A DNA stretch of 64,000 bases, taken from positions 27,913 through 91,912 of the forward strand of contig JBLMYQ010000068.1 in NCBI GenBank assembly GCA_050258375.1, read 5' to 3'. Position numbers and translations under genes: made by a program. Of this stretch, positions 1 through 8,675 are shown in pieces (positions within the stretch are counted from its first letter, which is position 1; every line of letters begins with the position of its first letter). The notes under the pieces were generated by a model. That model was not told the origin of the DNA. It made no database searches and saw only the letters and a program-made list of their open reading frames with translations. This stretch comes from Deltaproteobacteria bacterium. Lineage in GTDB: Bacteria; Bacillota; Clostridia; Acetivibrionales; UBA4821.

Positions 1-402
1 TTTATATTTTTTTGTTTCATTCATTAAATATTGTGCCATTTCTTCCGGATCATATCCCTGCCCAAACTTGTTAAAAAGAGTCTTGAAGGTGCCTTTTGCA
101 TAATCCCTTGAACCAGACATGATATCCCAAAAGTTTTGAGCCGCAGAGGTTCCTATTTCTCCAAGCTTGTCCTGTGGAACTACCATCAATACCTTTAGTC
201 CCGGATTCTGATTTGTTATTGTTTTAATTGCTGCAAAAGCAGAAAAGCTTCCTCCGTAAATTATTATGTCATATGATTTTACAGATAGAATCGCTTGCTT
301 TTTATTATTCAGAATTTTGCCCGCAGGGCGGCTGCAGCTAAATATGCAGCTTATAATAAGCAAGCATACTAAAGCTGTTATGAATATATTTCTTCTTCTC
401 AC
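1..402 (-). CDS. Partial CDS (first 134 codons; 3' end lies beyond the left edge): predicted lipoprotein with an FAD/NAD(P)-binding oxidoreductase-type N-terminus
   Basis: Absent from the ORF track because it runs off the edge. Minus-strand translation from GTG at 402 gives VRRRNIFITALVCLLIISCIFSCSRPAG...SYDIIIYGGSFSAFAAIKT... SD AAGAGGTG (412-419) lies about 9 nt upstream. Hydrophobic signal segment with a lipobox-like LIISC, then a dinucleotide-binding-like IIIYGGSFSAFAAA motif. Confidence 0.55.
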   Translation of the reverse strand, partial: MRRRNIFITALVCLLIISCIFSCSRPAGKILNNKKQAILSVKSYDIIIYGGSFSAFAAIKTITNQNPGLKVLMVVPQDKLGEIGTSAAQNFWDIMSGSRDYAKGTFKTLFNKFGQGYDPEEMAQYLMNETKKYK

Positions 403-432
403 TATACTTATCACCTCTTATATATCAAAATT

Positions 433-456
433 CCCCCTCTTTTTTAAGAGAGGGGG
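433..456 (-). terminator. Hairpin directly downstream of the phosphohexomutase gene (possible intrinsic terminator or attenuator)
   Basis: Perfect 8-bp GC-rich stem ccccctct/agaggggg with an 8-nt loop, 13 nt after the stop at 469. On the minus strand it is followed by AATTTTGA, a short U-run, so strength is uncertain. Confidence 0.45.
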
Positions 457-468
457 CTAGGGGGTGAG

Positions 469-1875
469 TTATATCTCCAAGTCCTGCCTTATCTGCGCAT
501 GAATCTGGTCAATTTGTTCCATGCTGTTACCTTCTGCATAAATCCTGAATAGTGATTCAGTTCCTGACGCTCTTATTAATACCCAGCTTCCATCTTCCAT
601 TACAAACTTTTGTCCATCAATACTAATAGTATTAACAATCTTTTTACCGCCTATAGTTTCAGGCTTATATCTGCTTAAGTAACTCAACACCTTCTCTTTT
701 GCATGTGAAGAGCATTTTACATCAAGTCTCTTGCTGTAAAGATAACCTATTTCATTTTTCAAATCTTCCATAATTTCAGTAGGCGTTTTGCCTAATCGAG
801 CAACCATTTCTGCAATAAGCAAGCATGCTAGAATACCATCTTTTTCAGGAACATGCCCTTTGATGGATAATCCGCCTGATTCCTCTCCTCCTAAAAATGC
901 ATCCTTATTTATAAGGGCATCGGCAATGTATTTGAAGCCTACCGGGGTTTCGATAACTTGCATTCCAAACTTTTCTGCGAGTCTGTCAACCATATAGGTT
1001 GTAGCCACTGTACGTGCAACAGTTCCCGTCCAGCCTCTGGTTTTCATTAAATAATATTGCAGCAAGTATATAACCTGATTTGGGCTTATGTAATTTCCCT
1101 TACTATCTATTACTCCAAATCTATCTGCATCCCCATCGGTTGCAAGTCCCAAATCTGCTTTTTCCTGGTTCATTGCAGTAATAAGGTCTTTCATATTTGC
1201 CATAGTAGGTTCAGGCATTGAACCTCCGAAAAGTGGGTCTCTATAATTGTTTATAGCTTTAACCTTACACCCGAAGCTTTGAAGAATTTCAGATGCATAC
1301 CCTATTCCGGCCCCAAACATTGGATTACATATTACTGTTAAATTAGCTTTCTTGATTACTTCACCATTAACCAGTTGTGTAACTGCTTTTATATAATCCT
1401 CCTTCGGCTCACACAATCTAACCCATTCTTCACTGCCTCTTTCATTAATCTTCCCGCTGTCAATTACTATCTTGACATGCTCAAGAATTTTGTCGGTAAT
1501 TCCTTTGTGTGCAGGTCCACCGTACTCAGGAATGAATTTTATTCCGTTATGAATAGGCGGATTATGACTGGCAGTTATCATTATAGCCCCGCCAGCTTTA
1601 TAATTTACAACCGCAAAAGCGACAACCGGAGTAGGTGTAGCTTGATCTGTCAGCATAACCTTTATCCTGTTAGCAGTTAATATATTACTACATACCTTGG
1701 CAAATTCAGGGGAAAGAAATCTGTTATCATACCCTATTACTATACCTCTGTCTCCAAGGTGATTTTCATTAACATAGTTTGCAATTGCCTGCGCAACTAT
1801 TTTTACATTTGGAAAGGTAAAATCATCAGCCATGATGCCTCTCCAACCATCAGTCCCAAAAGAAATATTGTTCAT
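469..1875 (-). CDS. Phosphoglucomutase/phosphomannomutase (alpha-D-phosphohexomutase family)
   Basis: 468 aa. N-terminal FGTDGWRG, catalytic TASHNP phosphoserine loop, Mg-binding TDGDADR, sugar-binding GGEESGG. AGGAGG SD 6 nt upstream of the ATG. Confidence 0.9.
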   Translation of the reverse strand: MNNISFGTDGWRGIMADDFTFPNVKIVAQAIANYVNENHLGDRGIVIGYDNRFLSPEFAKVCSNILTANRIKVMLTDQATPTPVVAFAVVNYKAGGAIMITASHNPPIHNGIKFIPEYGGPAHKGITDKILEHVKIVIDSGKINERGSEEWVRLCEPKEDYIKAVTQLVNGEVIKKANLTVICNPMFGAGIGYASEILQSFGCKVKAINNYRDPLFGGSMPEPTMANMKDLITAMNQEKADLGLATDGDADRFGVIDSKGNYISPNQVIYLLQYYLMKTRGWTGTVARTVATTYMVDRLAEKFGMQVIETPVGFKYIADALINKDAFLGGEESGGLSIKGHVPEKDGILACLLIAEMVARLGKTPTEIMEDLKNEIGYLYSKRLDVKCSSHAKEKVLSYLSRYKPETIGGKKIVNTISIDGQKFVMEDGSWVLIRASGTESLFRIYAEGNSMEQIDQIHAQIRQDLEI

Positions 1876-1911
1876 TAGCTTCCTCCTGTTTAATTTAAAT
1901 TAATTTCCTTT

Positions 1912-2778
1912 TTAATCTTGAACAGTAGTTTTTAAATACTTTAAAAACTTTTCTCCTATATCCTCTCTCTGAAGTGCAAACTCAATGGTAGCCTGAAGAT
2001 AACCAAGCTTATCTCCAACGTCATATCTTTTTCCAATAAAATCATATGCATAAATCGCCTCATACCTTGCAAGTTCTTTTAATGCATCTGTTAACTGAAG
2101 CTCTCCCCCTGCACCCGGCTTGATTCTTTCAAGGCACTCAAAAATTTTCGGAGTCAATATATATCTCCCTAATATAGCAACATTAGAAGGAGCTTTATCT
2201 TTTTCAGGTTTTTCAATCAGATTTTTAACCTTGAAAACCTTATCCTCAATTTTATTGCATTCAACTATTCCATATCTGTCAACTTCGTTCCAGTCAACCA
2301 TCTGTACTCCAAGCACAGAAGTTTTGTATTCATTGTAAATATCCATTATTTGCCCAATACAAGGCTGCTCGGATTTTACTATATCATCCCCTAATAATAC
2401 TGCAAATGGCTCATTACCAACAAATGACCTGGCACAATAAATAGCATGCCCTAAACCCTTCGGTTCCTTTTGTCTTATGTAATGAATATCAACAAGATTT
2501 GAGACATCCTTAACAAGACTCAAAAGCTCATCTTTTCCGGATTTACGAAGCTCCATCTCAAGTTCGAGTGATTTATCAAAATGATCTTCAATAGACCGTT
2601 TATTTCTACCGGTAACAATTATAATATTTTCTATTCCTGCTTCAATAGCTTCTTCTACAATAAACTGTATTGTTGGTTTATCAACTATTGGAAGCATTTC
2701 TTTAGGTTGAGCCTTGGTCGCCGGCAAAAATCTGGTTCCCAATCCCGCCGCAGGAATAATGGCTTTTTTTACCTTCAA
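1912..2778 (-). CDS. galU: UTP--glucose-1-phosphate uridylyltransferase
   Basis: 288 aa. KAIIPAAGLGTRFLPATKAQPKEMLPIVDKPTIQ is the classic GalU/GtaB N-terminus. TTG start with GAGGTGA SD. Confidence 0.92.
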   Translation of the reverse strand: MKVKKAIIPAAGLGTRFLPATKAQPKEMLPIVDKPTIQFIVEEAIEAGIENIIIVTGRNKRSIEDHFDKSLELEMELRKSGKDELLSLVKDVSNLVDIHYIRQKEPKGLGHAIYCARSFVGNEPFAVLLGDDIVKSEQPCIGQIMDIYNEYKTSVLGVQMVDWNEVDRYGIVECNKIEDKVFKVKNLIEKPEKDKAPSNVAILGRYILTPKIFECLERIKPGAGGELQLTDALKELARYEAIYAYDFIGKRYDVGDKLGYLQATIEFALQREDIGEKFLKYLKTTVQD

Positions 2779-2924
2779 AATTTTTCACCTCAAAAATTAA
2801 TTGTAATCCCTGATATTTAGTTTCTCTTCTACCAAATTACTACTAAAAACCCAGAAACAAGCACATTGTACATATTATTTACTGCAAGATAGATTTTCAG
2901 CAAAATAATTATAACATATTCTGG

Positions 2925-2950
2925 TTATTGTTCAACGATTATTGTTCAAC
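2925..2950. repeat. Direct repeat, 2 x 12 nt (ttattgttcaac), 14-nt period
   Basis: ttattgttcaac at 2925-2936 and 2939-2950, separated by 'ga'. Lies in the intergenic region between the terminator and the galU promoter region. Confidence 0.6.
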
Positions 2951-2978
2951 AAAAAAGAACCTTTCTTTCGAAAGATTC
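2949..2978 (-). terminator. Rho-independent terminator after the priming transferase gene
   Basis: Stem gaacctttc/gaaagattc (9 bp, 1 mismatch), loop tttc, at 2957-2978. On the minus strand it is followed by TTTTTTGTTG. Starts 19 nt after the stop at 2997. Confidence 0.55.
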
Positions 2979-2996
2979 AAAATTCATATATCTTAA

Positions 2997-4364
2997 TCAA
3001 GTTCTTATATTTATTTCTGCCGGCAGTCTGCCTTCTTCCATACCTTGCAAACCTTCAGCCCCTTGACGCATAAATACAATATTCAAGGTCTGAAGGATTA
3101 TCTTAACATCGTATAATATCGAATAATTTCTAATATATAATAAATCATACCTGAGCTTATCCTCCGGCTCAGTTGTATATTTCCCTAAAACCTGGGCAAG
3201 CCCGGTGATTCCTGCCTTAACGTGTGTGCGGTATTCGTAGCCTGGTATTTCCTTCTTAAATTGCTCTACAAACACCGGTCTTTCGGGTCTTGGACCAACT
3301 ATACTCATTTCTCCAATAAGAACATTTATTAGCTGTGGTAATTCATCAATTCTGGTTTTTCTCAATATTTTACCAAACGGGGTTATCCTTTTATCATTTT
3401 CAGCTGAAAAAACTGGTCCTGTAACTTTCTCAGCATCATTCACCATTGACCTGAACTTGTATAATTTGAATGCTCTTCCCCCTCTTGTAATCCTTTCCTG
3501 AACATAGAAAACCGGACCTTTGGAGGTCAGCTTTATTATCAGAGCCGAAATCAACAAAACAGGAGATAAAACAATCAGTGCCGCAGCCGAAAATGCTACA
3601 TCAAAAACCCTCTTTATTATTTTTTGTACCGTAGAAAGCTTAAGCTGTTCTACTGCAAAAGCTGCTATATCAGCAAATTGCAACATTTGAGCTTTATAAA
3701 GCAATACTTCAGGCATACCCGGTATAATATATATGCCCTTTTCCTTATTCATACAGTATCTAATTATCTTATCCTTGATTTCATCAGGTACACTTGAACT
3801 AATAAAAACATCATCGCATATATCTATAAGCTCTAATACATTATTAATATCTGATACATAACAAATATGCTTAATATTAAGAAGCATATTTGAAGCCGGT
3901 GTTTTTATCTTATCTGCAATACTTTCAATATTATCACTTTCAGTACCGACAACTACTACCTGCCTTGTATCAAGTATATATTTCCTGTTCTCCCAAACAA
4001 AAATCCTCCAGGATATCAGAAAAACAACTTGCACAACAGGCGCAACAAGCAGTATACTTCTCGGGAATGAGAATCCCTGATTGATATAGGTTATTGCAAT
4101 TGTGGTTATACATAGAAGCATTACAGCAAGAATAATTGAGTATACAGTTTCATACAATGATTTTTTTAATGGCTTTAAAAGCCCATATAAATCAAAATAT
4201 AATATGGCGGCGATTGTAATAAACGGTATAATCTCTATATATGGACCCATATTGTACTTGGGAGGATTAAAATCAAACTTCATCATAAATGCAATATAGA
4301 ATCCCAAGTTTATTAGCAATATATCCACTAATACAACTACTACATTGAACACTTTACGTTTCAT
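2997..4364 (-). CDS. Polyprenyl-phosphate hexose-1-phosphate transferase (WbaP/WsaP-type priming 'bacterial sugar transferase')
   Basis: N-terminal TM helices plus a C-terminal sugar-transferase domain (KGPVFYVQERITRGG, FKLYKFRSM, DELPQLINVLIGEMSIVGPRPERP). I prefer the ATG at 4364 (MKRKVFNVV...; GAGG SD upstream) over the track's TTG at 4421. Confidence 0.85.
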   Translation of the reverse strand: MKRKVFNVVVVLVDILLINLGFYIAFMMKFDFNPPKYNMGPYIEIIPFITIAAILYFDLYGLLKPLKKSLYETVYSIILAVMLLCITTIAITYINQGFSFPRSILLVAPVVQVVFLISWRIFVWENRKYILDTRQVVVVGTESDNIESIADKIKTPASNMLLNIKHICYVSDINNVLELIDICDDVFISSSVPDEIKDKIIRYCMNKEKGIYIIPGMPEVLLYKAQMLQFADIAAFAVEQLKLSTVQKIIKRVFDVAFSAAALIVLSPVLLISALIIKLTSKGPVFYVQERITRGGRAFKLYKFRSMVNDAEKVTGPVFSAENDKRITPFGKILRKTRIDELPQLINVLIGEMSIVGPRPERPVFVEQFKKEIPGYEYRTHVKAGITGLAQVLGKYTTEPEDKLRYDLLYIRNYSILYDVKIILQTLNIVFMRQGAEGLQGMEEGRLPAEINIRT

Positions 4365-4473
4365 TATTATCAACCTCACAGACTGTTTACTCATATTAAA
4401 GCATAAAGCCGACTCCATCAATTATAGCCATTATATGAATATATGTAAATATAGATTATATGGAAACTCCAAC

Positions 4474-5313
4474 TTAATCCTTCGTAAGATATTCCTTTAA
4501 TGCCACATCCCAGTTTCTTAGCTTATATTTCATTCTCGCATTTCCTAATACCGAAAACCCGGGTCGTTTAGCAGGTCTGTTAAGCTTCATTGTATCAATA
4601 GGAATAACATTTGTTTTTATATTCTTAATCTCAAATATTTTACACGCAAGCTCATACCATGAACAATACCCAGAATTCGTAATATGATAAATTCCATACT
4701 CCTTAGTATTAAGCAAAGCTATTATTGCCATCGCCAGTTCAGATGCATAGGTAGGACATCCAATCTGATCATTAACCACCTCTATATTATCTTTTGTCTT
4801 TGAAAGCTCAAGCATGGTATGTACAAAGTTCTTGCCTTGACCGTACAGCCATGATGTTCTTACAATATAGAATTTTTTCAGAAGTGTTTTAACAATTTCC
4901 TCTCCGGCTAATTTGGATTTTCCATAAACATTCAATGGGTTAGGGGTATCAAATTCAAAGTACTCCTGCCCTTTGGTACCATCAAATACATAATCGGTAG
5001 AAATATGAACAAACGCACAATCCCATTTCAGGCACTCTCCTGCCAATAGCCCAACACCTTTTGCATTTATTTCATATGCTGCTTCCTCATTTGATTCACA
5101 GCCGTCAACATTAGTATATGCGGCACAATTTATAACAACATCCGGCTTAACATTCTCAAAGCACTCTTTTATTTGTTCTGAATTTGTTATATCAAGAGAT
5201 TTTTTATTAAACCCATAAATCTCAAAATTGCTTTTTATTCGTGCAAATTCCAATCCAGCTTTGACAAATTCCGTTCCAAGCTGCCCCTCTGCCCCCGTCA
5301 CTAAAATCCTCAT
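4474..5313 (-). CDS. rfbD: dTDP-4-dehydrorhamnose reductase
   Basis: 279 aa. MRILVTGAEGQLG Rossmann motif, STDYVFDG and YGKSK catalytic motif, RPxxS near the C-terminus. Confidence 0.9.
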   Translation of the reverse strand: MRILVTGAEGQLGTEFVKAGLEFARIKSNFEIYGFNKKSLDITNSEQIKECFENVKPDVVINCAAYTNVDGCESNEEAAYEINAKGVGLLAGECLKWDCAFVHISTDYVFDGTKGQEYFEFDTPNPLNVYGKSKLAGEEIVKTLLKKFYIVRTSWLYGQGKNFVHTMLELSKTKDNIEVVNDQIGCPTYASELAMAIIALLNTKEYGIYHITNSGYCSWYELACKIFEIKNIKTNVIPIDTMKLNRPAKRPGFSVLGNARMKYKLRNWDVALKEYLTKD

Positions 5314-5324
5314 ACAACACCCCT

Positions 5325-6209
5325 TTATCCTTTAGTTCCTACACTTCTCCCATCTCTTATTAAAACCTTTAATATTGCTGCCTGTTTTAAAAGCCATATT
5401 CCAAAATAAACAAAGAACTTTAAGATAGGATTAGTTTTTTTACTGTAATTTTTATTAAAAAATATTGCCATTGAATCATAAAAGGCTTTTGTAGCTTTCA
5501 TGCTCATATGCTTACTGCTTTGTCCTTTGAAGTGAGTTATTCTGGTATCCGGATAGTACATTATCTTCCAACCTTTTTGCTTTGCCCTGAAACAGAAATC
5601 TATATCCTCGGCATACATAAAATAATCTTCATCAAGACCTCCAATTTGCTCATAGACCTCTCTTCTGAAGGTCAAGAATGCACCTGAAACCGCATCCACT
5701 TCAGTTTCTTGATTTTCATCAATATACGAAAGATTGTATTTTGCCAATATTTTGCTTTTGGGGAATAATTTACCCAACCCAGACAGCTGAAAAAAAGCAA
5801 TTTTGGGTGTCGGAACACTCCTTCTGCAAGCTCTTTGTAAGGTGCCGTCAGGATTCTCCACTCTACACCCGGATACCCCTACATCAGAATGCTTATCCAT
5901 ATACTCAACCATTTTATCTAGTGTGGACTCAAAGACAATAGTATCAGGATTTAAAAGCAGCAAATATCTTCCTTTTGCCAGTTTCATTCCAATATTGTTG
6001 CCTTTTGAAAAGCCAGCGTTTTCTTTATTTTCATAGCCAATTACCTGGGGGAACTTTTCACTAAGCATTTCAATACAGCCATCTCCTGAGTTGTTGTCAA
6101 CAACAATAACCTCAAAGGAAATATTTTTTGTATTTTGGTATATTGATTTCACGCAAGCCTCAGTAAAATCTTTGGATTTAAAATTAACGATAATAATTGA
6201 AAGATCCAT
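5325..6209 (-). CDS. Glycosyltransferase family 2
   Basis: LSIIIVNFKS...VIVVDNNSGDG...LLLNPDT...EDIDFCFR motifs. Start moved to the ATG at 6209 (GGGAGGGA SD) rather than the TTG at 6221. Confidence 0.85.
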   Translation of the reverse strand: MDLSIIIVNFKSKDFTEACVKSIYQNTKNISFEVIVVDNNSGDGCIEMLSEKFPQVIGYENKENAGFSKGNNIGMKLAKGRYLLLLNPDTIVFESTLDKMVEYMDKHSDVGVSGCRVENPDGTLQRACRRSVPTPKIAFFQLSGLGKLFPKSKILAKYNLSYIDENQETEVDAVSGAFLTFRREVYEQIGGLDEDYFMYAEDIDFCFRAKQKGWKIMYYPDTRITHFKGQSSKHMSMKATKAFYDSMAIFFNKNYSKKTNPILKFFVYFGIWLLKQAAILKVLIRDGRSVGTKG

Positions 6210-6258
6210 TGTCCCTCCCAAAAGACTTATTTAGTGCACAATAAAGCTTTTATACAGT

Positions 6259-7329
6259 TCATCTATTTGAATACATTTTATTGTAATACTCTTTGTACTC
6301 TCCGTTTTTGATTTCTTCCCACCACTCCATATTATTCATATACCAATTTATTGTGCTTTCAATACCCTTTTCGAAACTCACTAAAGGCTTCCAGCCAATC
6401 TCTTTCATAGCTTTCTTAGGGTTCATGGCATATCTTTTATCATGCCCCGGTCTGTCCTTTATATATTTTATTAATTCTTCAGATTTGCCCAGATGCTGTA
6501 GTATTATTTTTACAATTTCTATATTCTTTCTCTCGTTATTACTCCCAAAATTATATACTTCTCCGGGTACTCCATTTTTTATGACAGCAATAAGACCCCT
6601 GCAGTGATCATCCACATGTATCCAATCACGAACATTCATTCCTTCTCCATAAACAGGAAGCGCTTTATCCTCAAGTGCATTCGAAATCATTAAGGGGATC
6701 AGCTTTTCCGGAAATTGATACGGTCCATAGTTATTTGAGCATCTGGTAATAATAACAGGCAATCCGTAAGTTCTAAAATATGCTTTCGCAAGCATATCGG
6801 CAGAAGCCTTACTCGCAGAATAAGGACTATTTGGCGCTAAAGGAGACTCTTCTGAAAAAAGCCCTTCTTCTCCTAATTCTCCATACACTTCATCAGTGGA
6901 AATCTGTATAAACTTGGCTGTTGGCTGTTGGCTATTAGCTGTTAGCATCCCGTGCTTCTTTGCAGCTTCAAGGAGGGTGAATGTACCCATAATGTTTGTA
7001 TCAAGGAATTCTTCGGGATTGTCAATACTGCGGTCAACGTGGGATTCTGCTGCAAAATTGATAACAATACCCGGATTATATTTTTTAAATATATCATCTA
7101 CAAGAACATTGTCTCGAATATCACCTTTTATAAAGGTGTAATCAGGATTGTCTTCAACATCCTTAAGGTTGTTTAAATTCCCTGCATATGTAAGAGCATC
7201 AAGATTAATTACTTTGTACTGCAGCTCTTCATTTAAAATCATTCTTATAAAGTTGCTGCCAATAAACCCTGCGCCACCGGTCACTAAGATGGCTATTGGC
7301 TGTTGGCTGTTAGCTGTTGTTTTTTTCAT
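6259..7329 (-). CDS. rfbB: dTDP-glucose 4,6-dehydratase carrying two in-frame TANSQQP(I/T)A insertions
   Basis: 356 aa. VTGGAGFIGSNF, STDEVYG, YSASKASADM catalytic motif. Strong SD GAGGGGGG 7 nt upstream of the ATG at 7329. Confidence 0.92.
   Translation of the reverse strand: MKKTTANSQQPIAILVTGGAGFIGSNFIRMILNEELQYKVINLDALTYAGNLNNLKDVEDNPDYTFIKGDIRDNVLVDDIFKKYNPGIVINFAAESHVDRSIDNPEEFLDTNIMGTFTLLEAAKKHGMLTANSQQPTAKFIQISTDEVYGELGEEGLFSEESPLAPNSPYSASKASADMLAKAYFRTYGLPVIITRCSNNYGPYQFPEKLIPLMISNALEDKALPVYGEGMNVRDWIHVDDHCRGLIAVIKNGVPGEVYNFGSNNERKNIEIVKIILQHLGKSEELIKYIKDRPGHDKRYAMNPKKAMKEIGWKPLVSFEKGIESTINWYMNNMEWWEEIKNGEYKEYYNKMYSNR
6916..6943. repeat. 28-nt block of four degenerate heptamers (GGCTGTT GGCTGTT GGCTATT AGCTGTT) inside rfbB
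   Basis: Read directly and cross-checked against the plus-strand track ORF 6896..7141 (..NLAVGCWLLAVS..). Encodes TANSQQPTA on the minus strand. Confidence 0.9.
7291..7318. repeat. Second copy of the 28-nt heptamer block (GGCTATT GGCTGTT GGCTGTT AGCTGTT) at the 5' end of rfbB
   Basis: 26/28 identical to 6916-6943 and exactly 375 nt (125 codons) away. Cross-checked against track ORF 7148..7336 (..MAIGCWLLAVV..). Encodes TANSQQPIA. Confidence 0.9.
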
Positions 7330-7342
7330 TTATTAACCCCCC

Positions 7343-7798
7343 TCATCTATTCCGGGTAGTCCAATCGAATCCAATAGAAGGGTCATTCCAATCAATCCTA
7401 TATTCGTCAGGATTTTTAGCATCATAAGATTCAGTAGTAAAATAAACAATTGTCGCAGGTGCATTCCCCAGCACTCTGTATCCATGTGCTACACCTACCG
7501 GAATATAAACGAGTATCGGATTATTTTCGCCCATATAGAGCACGTTGGTTTCACCTTTAGTTGGCGAATCTTCTCGAATATCATGCAAAACTACCTGTGC
7601 ATTTCCCGAAGGGAAAAACCATAAATCATCCTGCTTTTTGTGATAATGAAAAGCTTTTATTACTCCCGGATATGTTAATGAAGCTGAAGCTTGTCCAAAT
7701 TTTTTTAAGAGGTTGTCATCATCCCTAAGGATTTCCATGAAAAAACCTCTATCATCCGTATGCTTAACAAGCTTCTTTACTGCTACATCTTTAATCAT
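7343..7798 (-). CDS. rfbC: dTDP-4-dehydrorhamnose 3,5-epimerase (short cupin-type RmlC)
   Basis: 151 aa. DDRGFF...HYHKKQDDLWF...GVAHGY cupin motifs; sits between rfbA and rfbB. GGAGGG SD. Confidence 0.8.
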   Translation of the reverse strand: MIKDVAVKKLVKHTDDRGFFMEILRDDDNLLKKFGQASASLTYPGVIKAFHYHKKQDDLWFFPSGNAQVVLHDIREDSPTKGETNVLYMGENNPILVYIPVGVAHGYRVLGNAPATIVYFTTESYDAKNPDEYRIDWNDPSIGFDWTTRNR

Positions 7799-7827
7799 GA
7801 CTTTCCCTCCACTTTTTCAATTCTGAA

Positions 7828-8553
7828 CTAGCTGAAGCTTATCTGTATATCAGTTGCCAGTTCATTTGCCCTTACAAGTGATTCAAATGTGCCTGCATCA
7901 GTCCACCAACCGTCAAGAATGTCATACGTCATTGTTCCTCTTCTTATGTATTCATTGTTAACGTCAGTAATCTCCAATTCACCCCTACCAGAGGGTTTAA
8001 GCGTTTTTATTATATCAAAGACATCAGAATCATACATGTATATCCCTGTTACCACATGATTGCTTTTAGGATTTTTAGGCTTTTCTTCAACTGAAATAAT
8101 CTTATCTCCATCCAATTCCACTACGCCGAATCTTTCAGGATTGGTAACCGATTTAATAAGAATCTTTGCGCCTTTCCCCTGTTCTTCAAAGCTCTCTACA
8201 AACTCGGTAATATCTTTTCTGAAAATATTATCACCTAAAATAACAATACATTTATCATCTCCAACAAAATTTTCTGCCAGTCCAAGCGCTTGAGCAATAC
8301 CTCCTGCTTCATCCTGAACCTTATATGTAAAATTCATGCCAAATTCTCTTCCGCTCCCAAGTAGATTGACAATATCCCCCATATGCTCAAGCCCTGTAAC
8401 AATAAGTATTTCATTTATTCCCGCTTCCTTAAGCTTACTTATTGGATGATATATCATTGGATATTTTCCTACCGGAAGTAAATGCTTATTCGTTACTTTT
8501 GTCAATGGATATATCCTTGAGCCCGTTCCTCCTGCCAGTATTATTCCTTTCAT
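7828..8553 (-). CDS. rfbA: Glucose-1-phosphate thymidylyltransferase (short form)
   Basis: MKGIILAGGTGSRIYPLTKVTNKHLLPV... nucleotidyltransferase signature. Start set at the ATG at 8553 (AAAGGGA SD). The track's 42-codon N-terminal extension to 8679 lacks homology logic and would overlap the upstream gene. Confidence 0.88.
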   Translation of the reverse strand: MKGIILAGGTGSRIYPLTKVTNKHLLPVGKYPMIYHPISKLKEAGINEILIVTGLEHMGDIVNLLGSGREFGMNFTYKVQDEAGGIAQALGLAENFVGDDKCIVILGDNIFRKDITEFVESFEEQGKGAKILIKSVTNPERFGVVELDGDKIISVEEKPKNPKSNHVVTGIYMYDSDVFDIIKTLKPSGRGELEITDVNNEYIRRGTMTYDILDGWWTDAGTFESLVRANELATDIQISFS

Positions 8554-8599
8554 ATGAATATCCCTTTCATCTTTCTGCATATACGAACTTTTATACAAT

Positions 8600-8608
8600 A
8601 TTATAGCA
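8600..8608 (-). promoter_or_regulatory. Candidate extended -10 promoter element (TGCTATAAT) upstream of rfbA
   Basis: Minus-strand TGCTATAAT lies in the 122-nt gap, about 47 nt upstream of the rfbA ATG. No good -35, which is acceptable for TGn promoters. AT-rich background makes chance matches common. Confidence 0.35.
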
Positions 8609-8675
8609 TAATATGCCAAAGAAAATACTTTTGACAAAGAACTTTTTCCTGAAAGAATAAAAGCTCCGTGAATCT

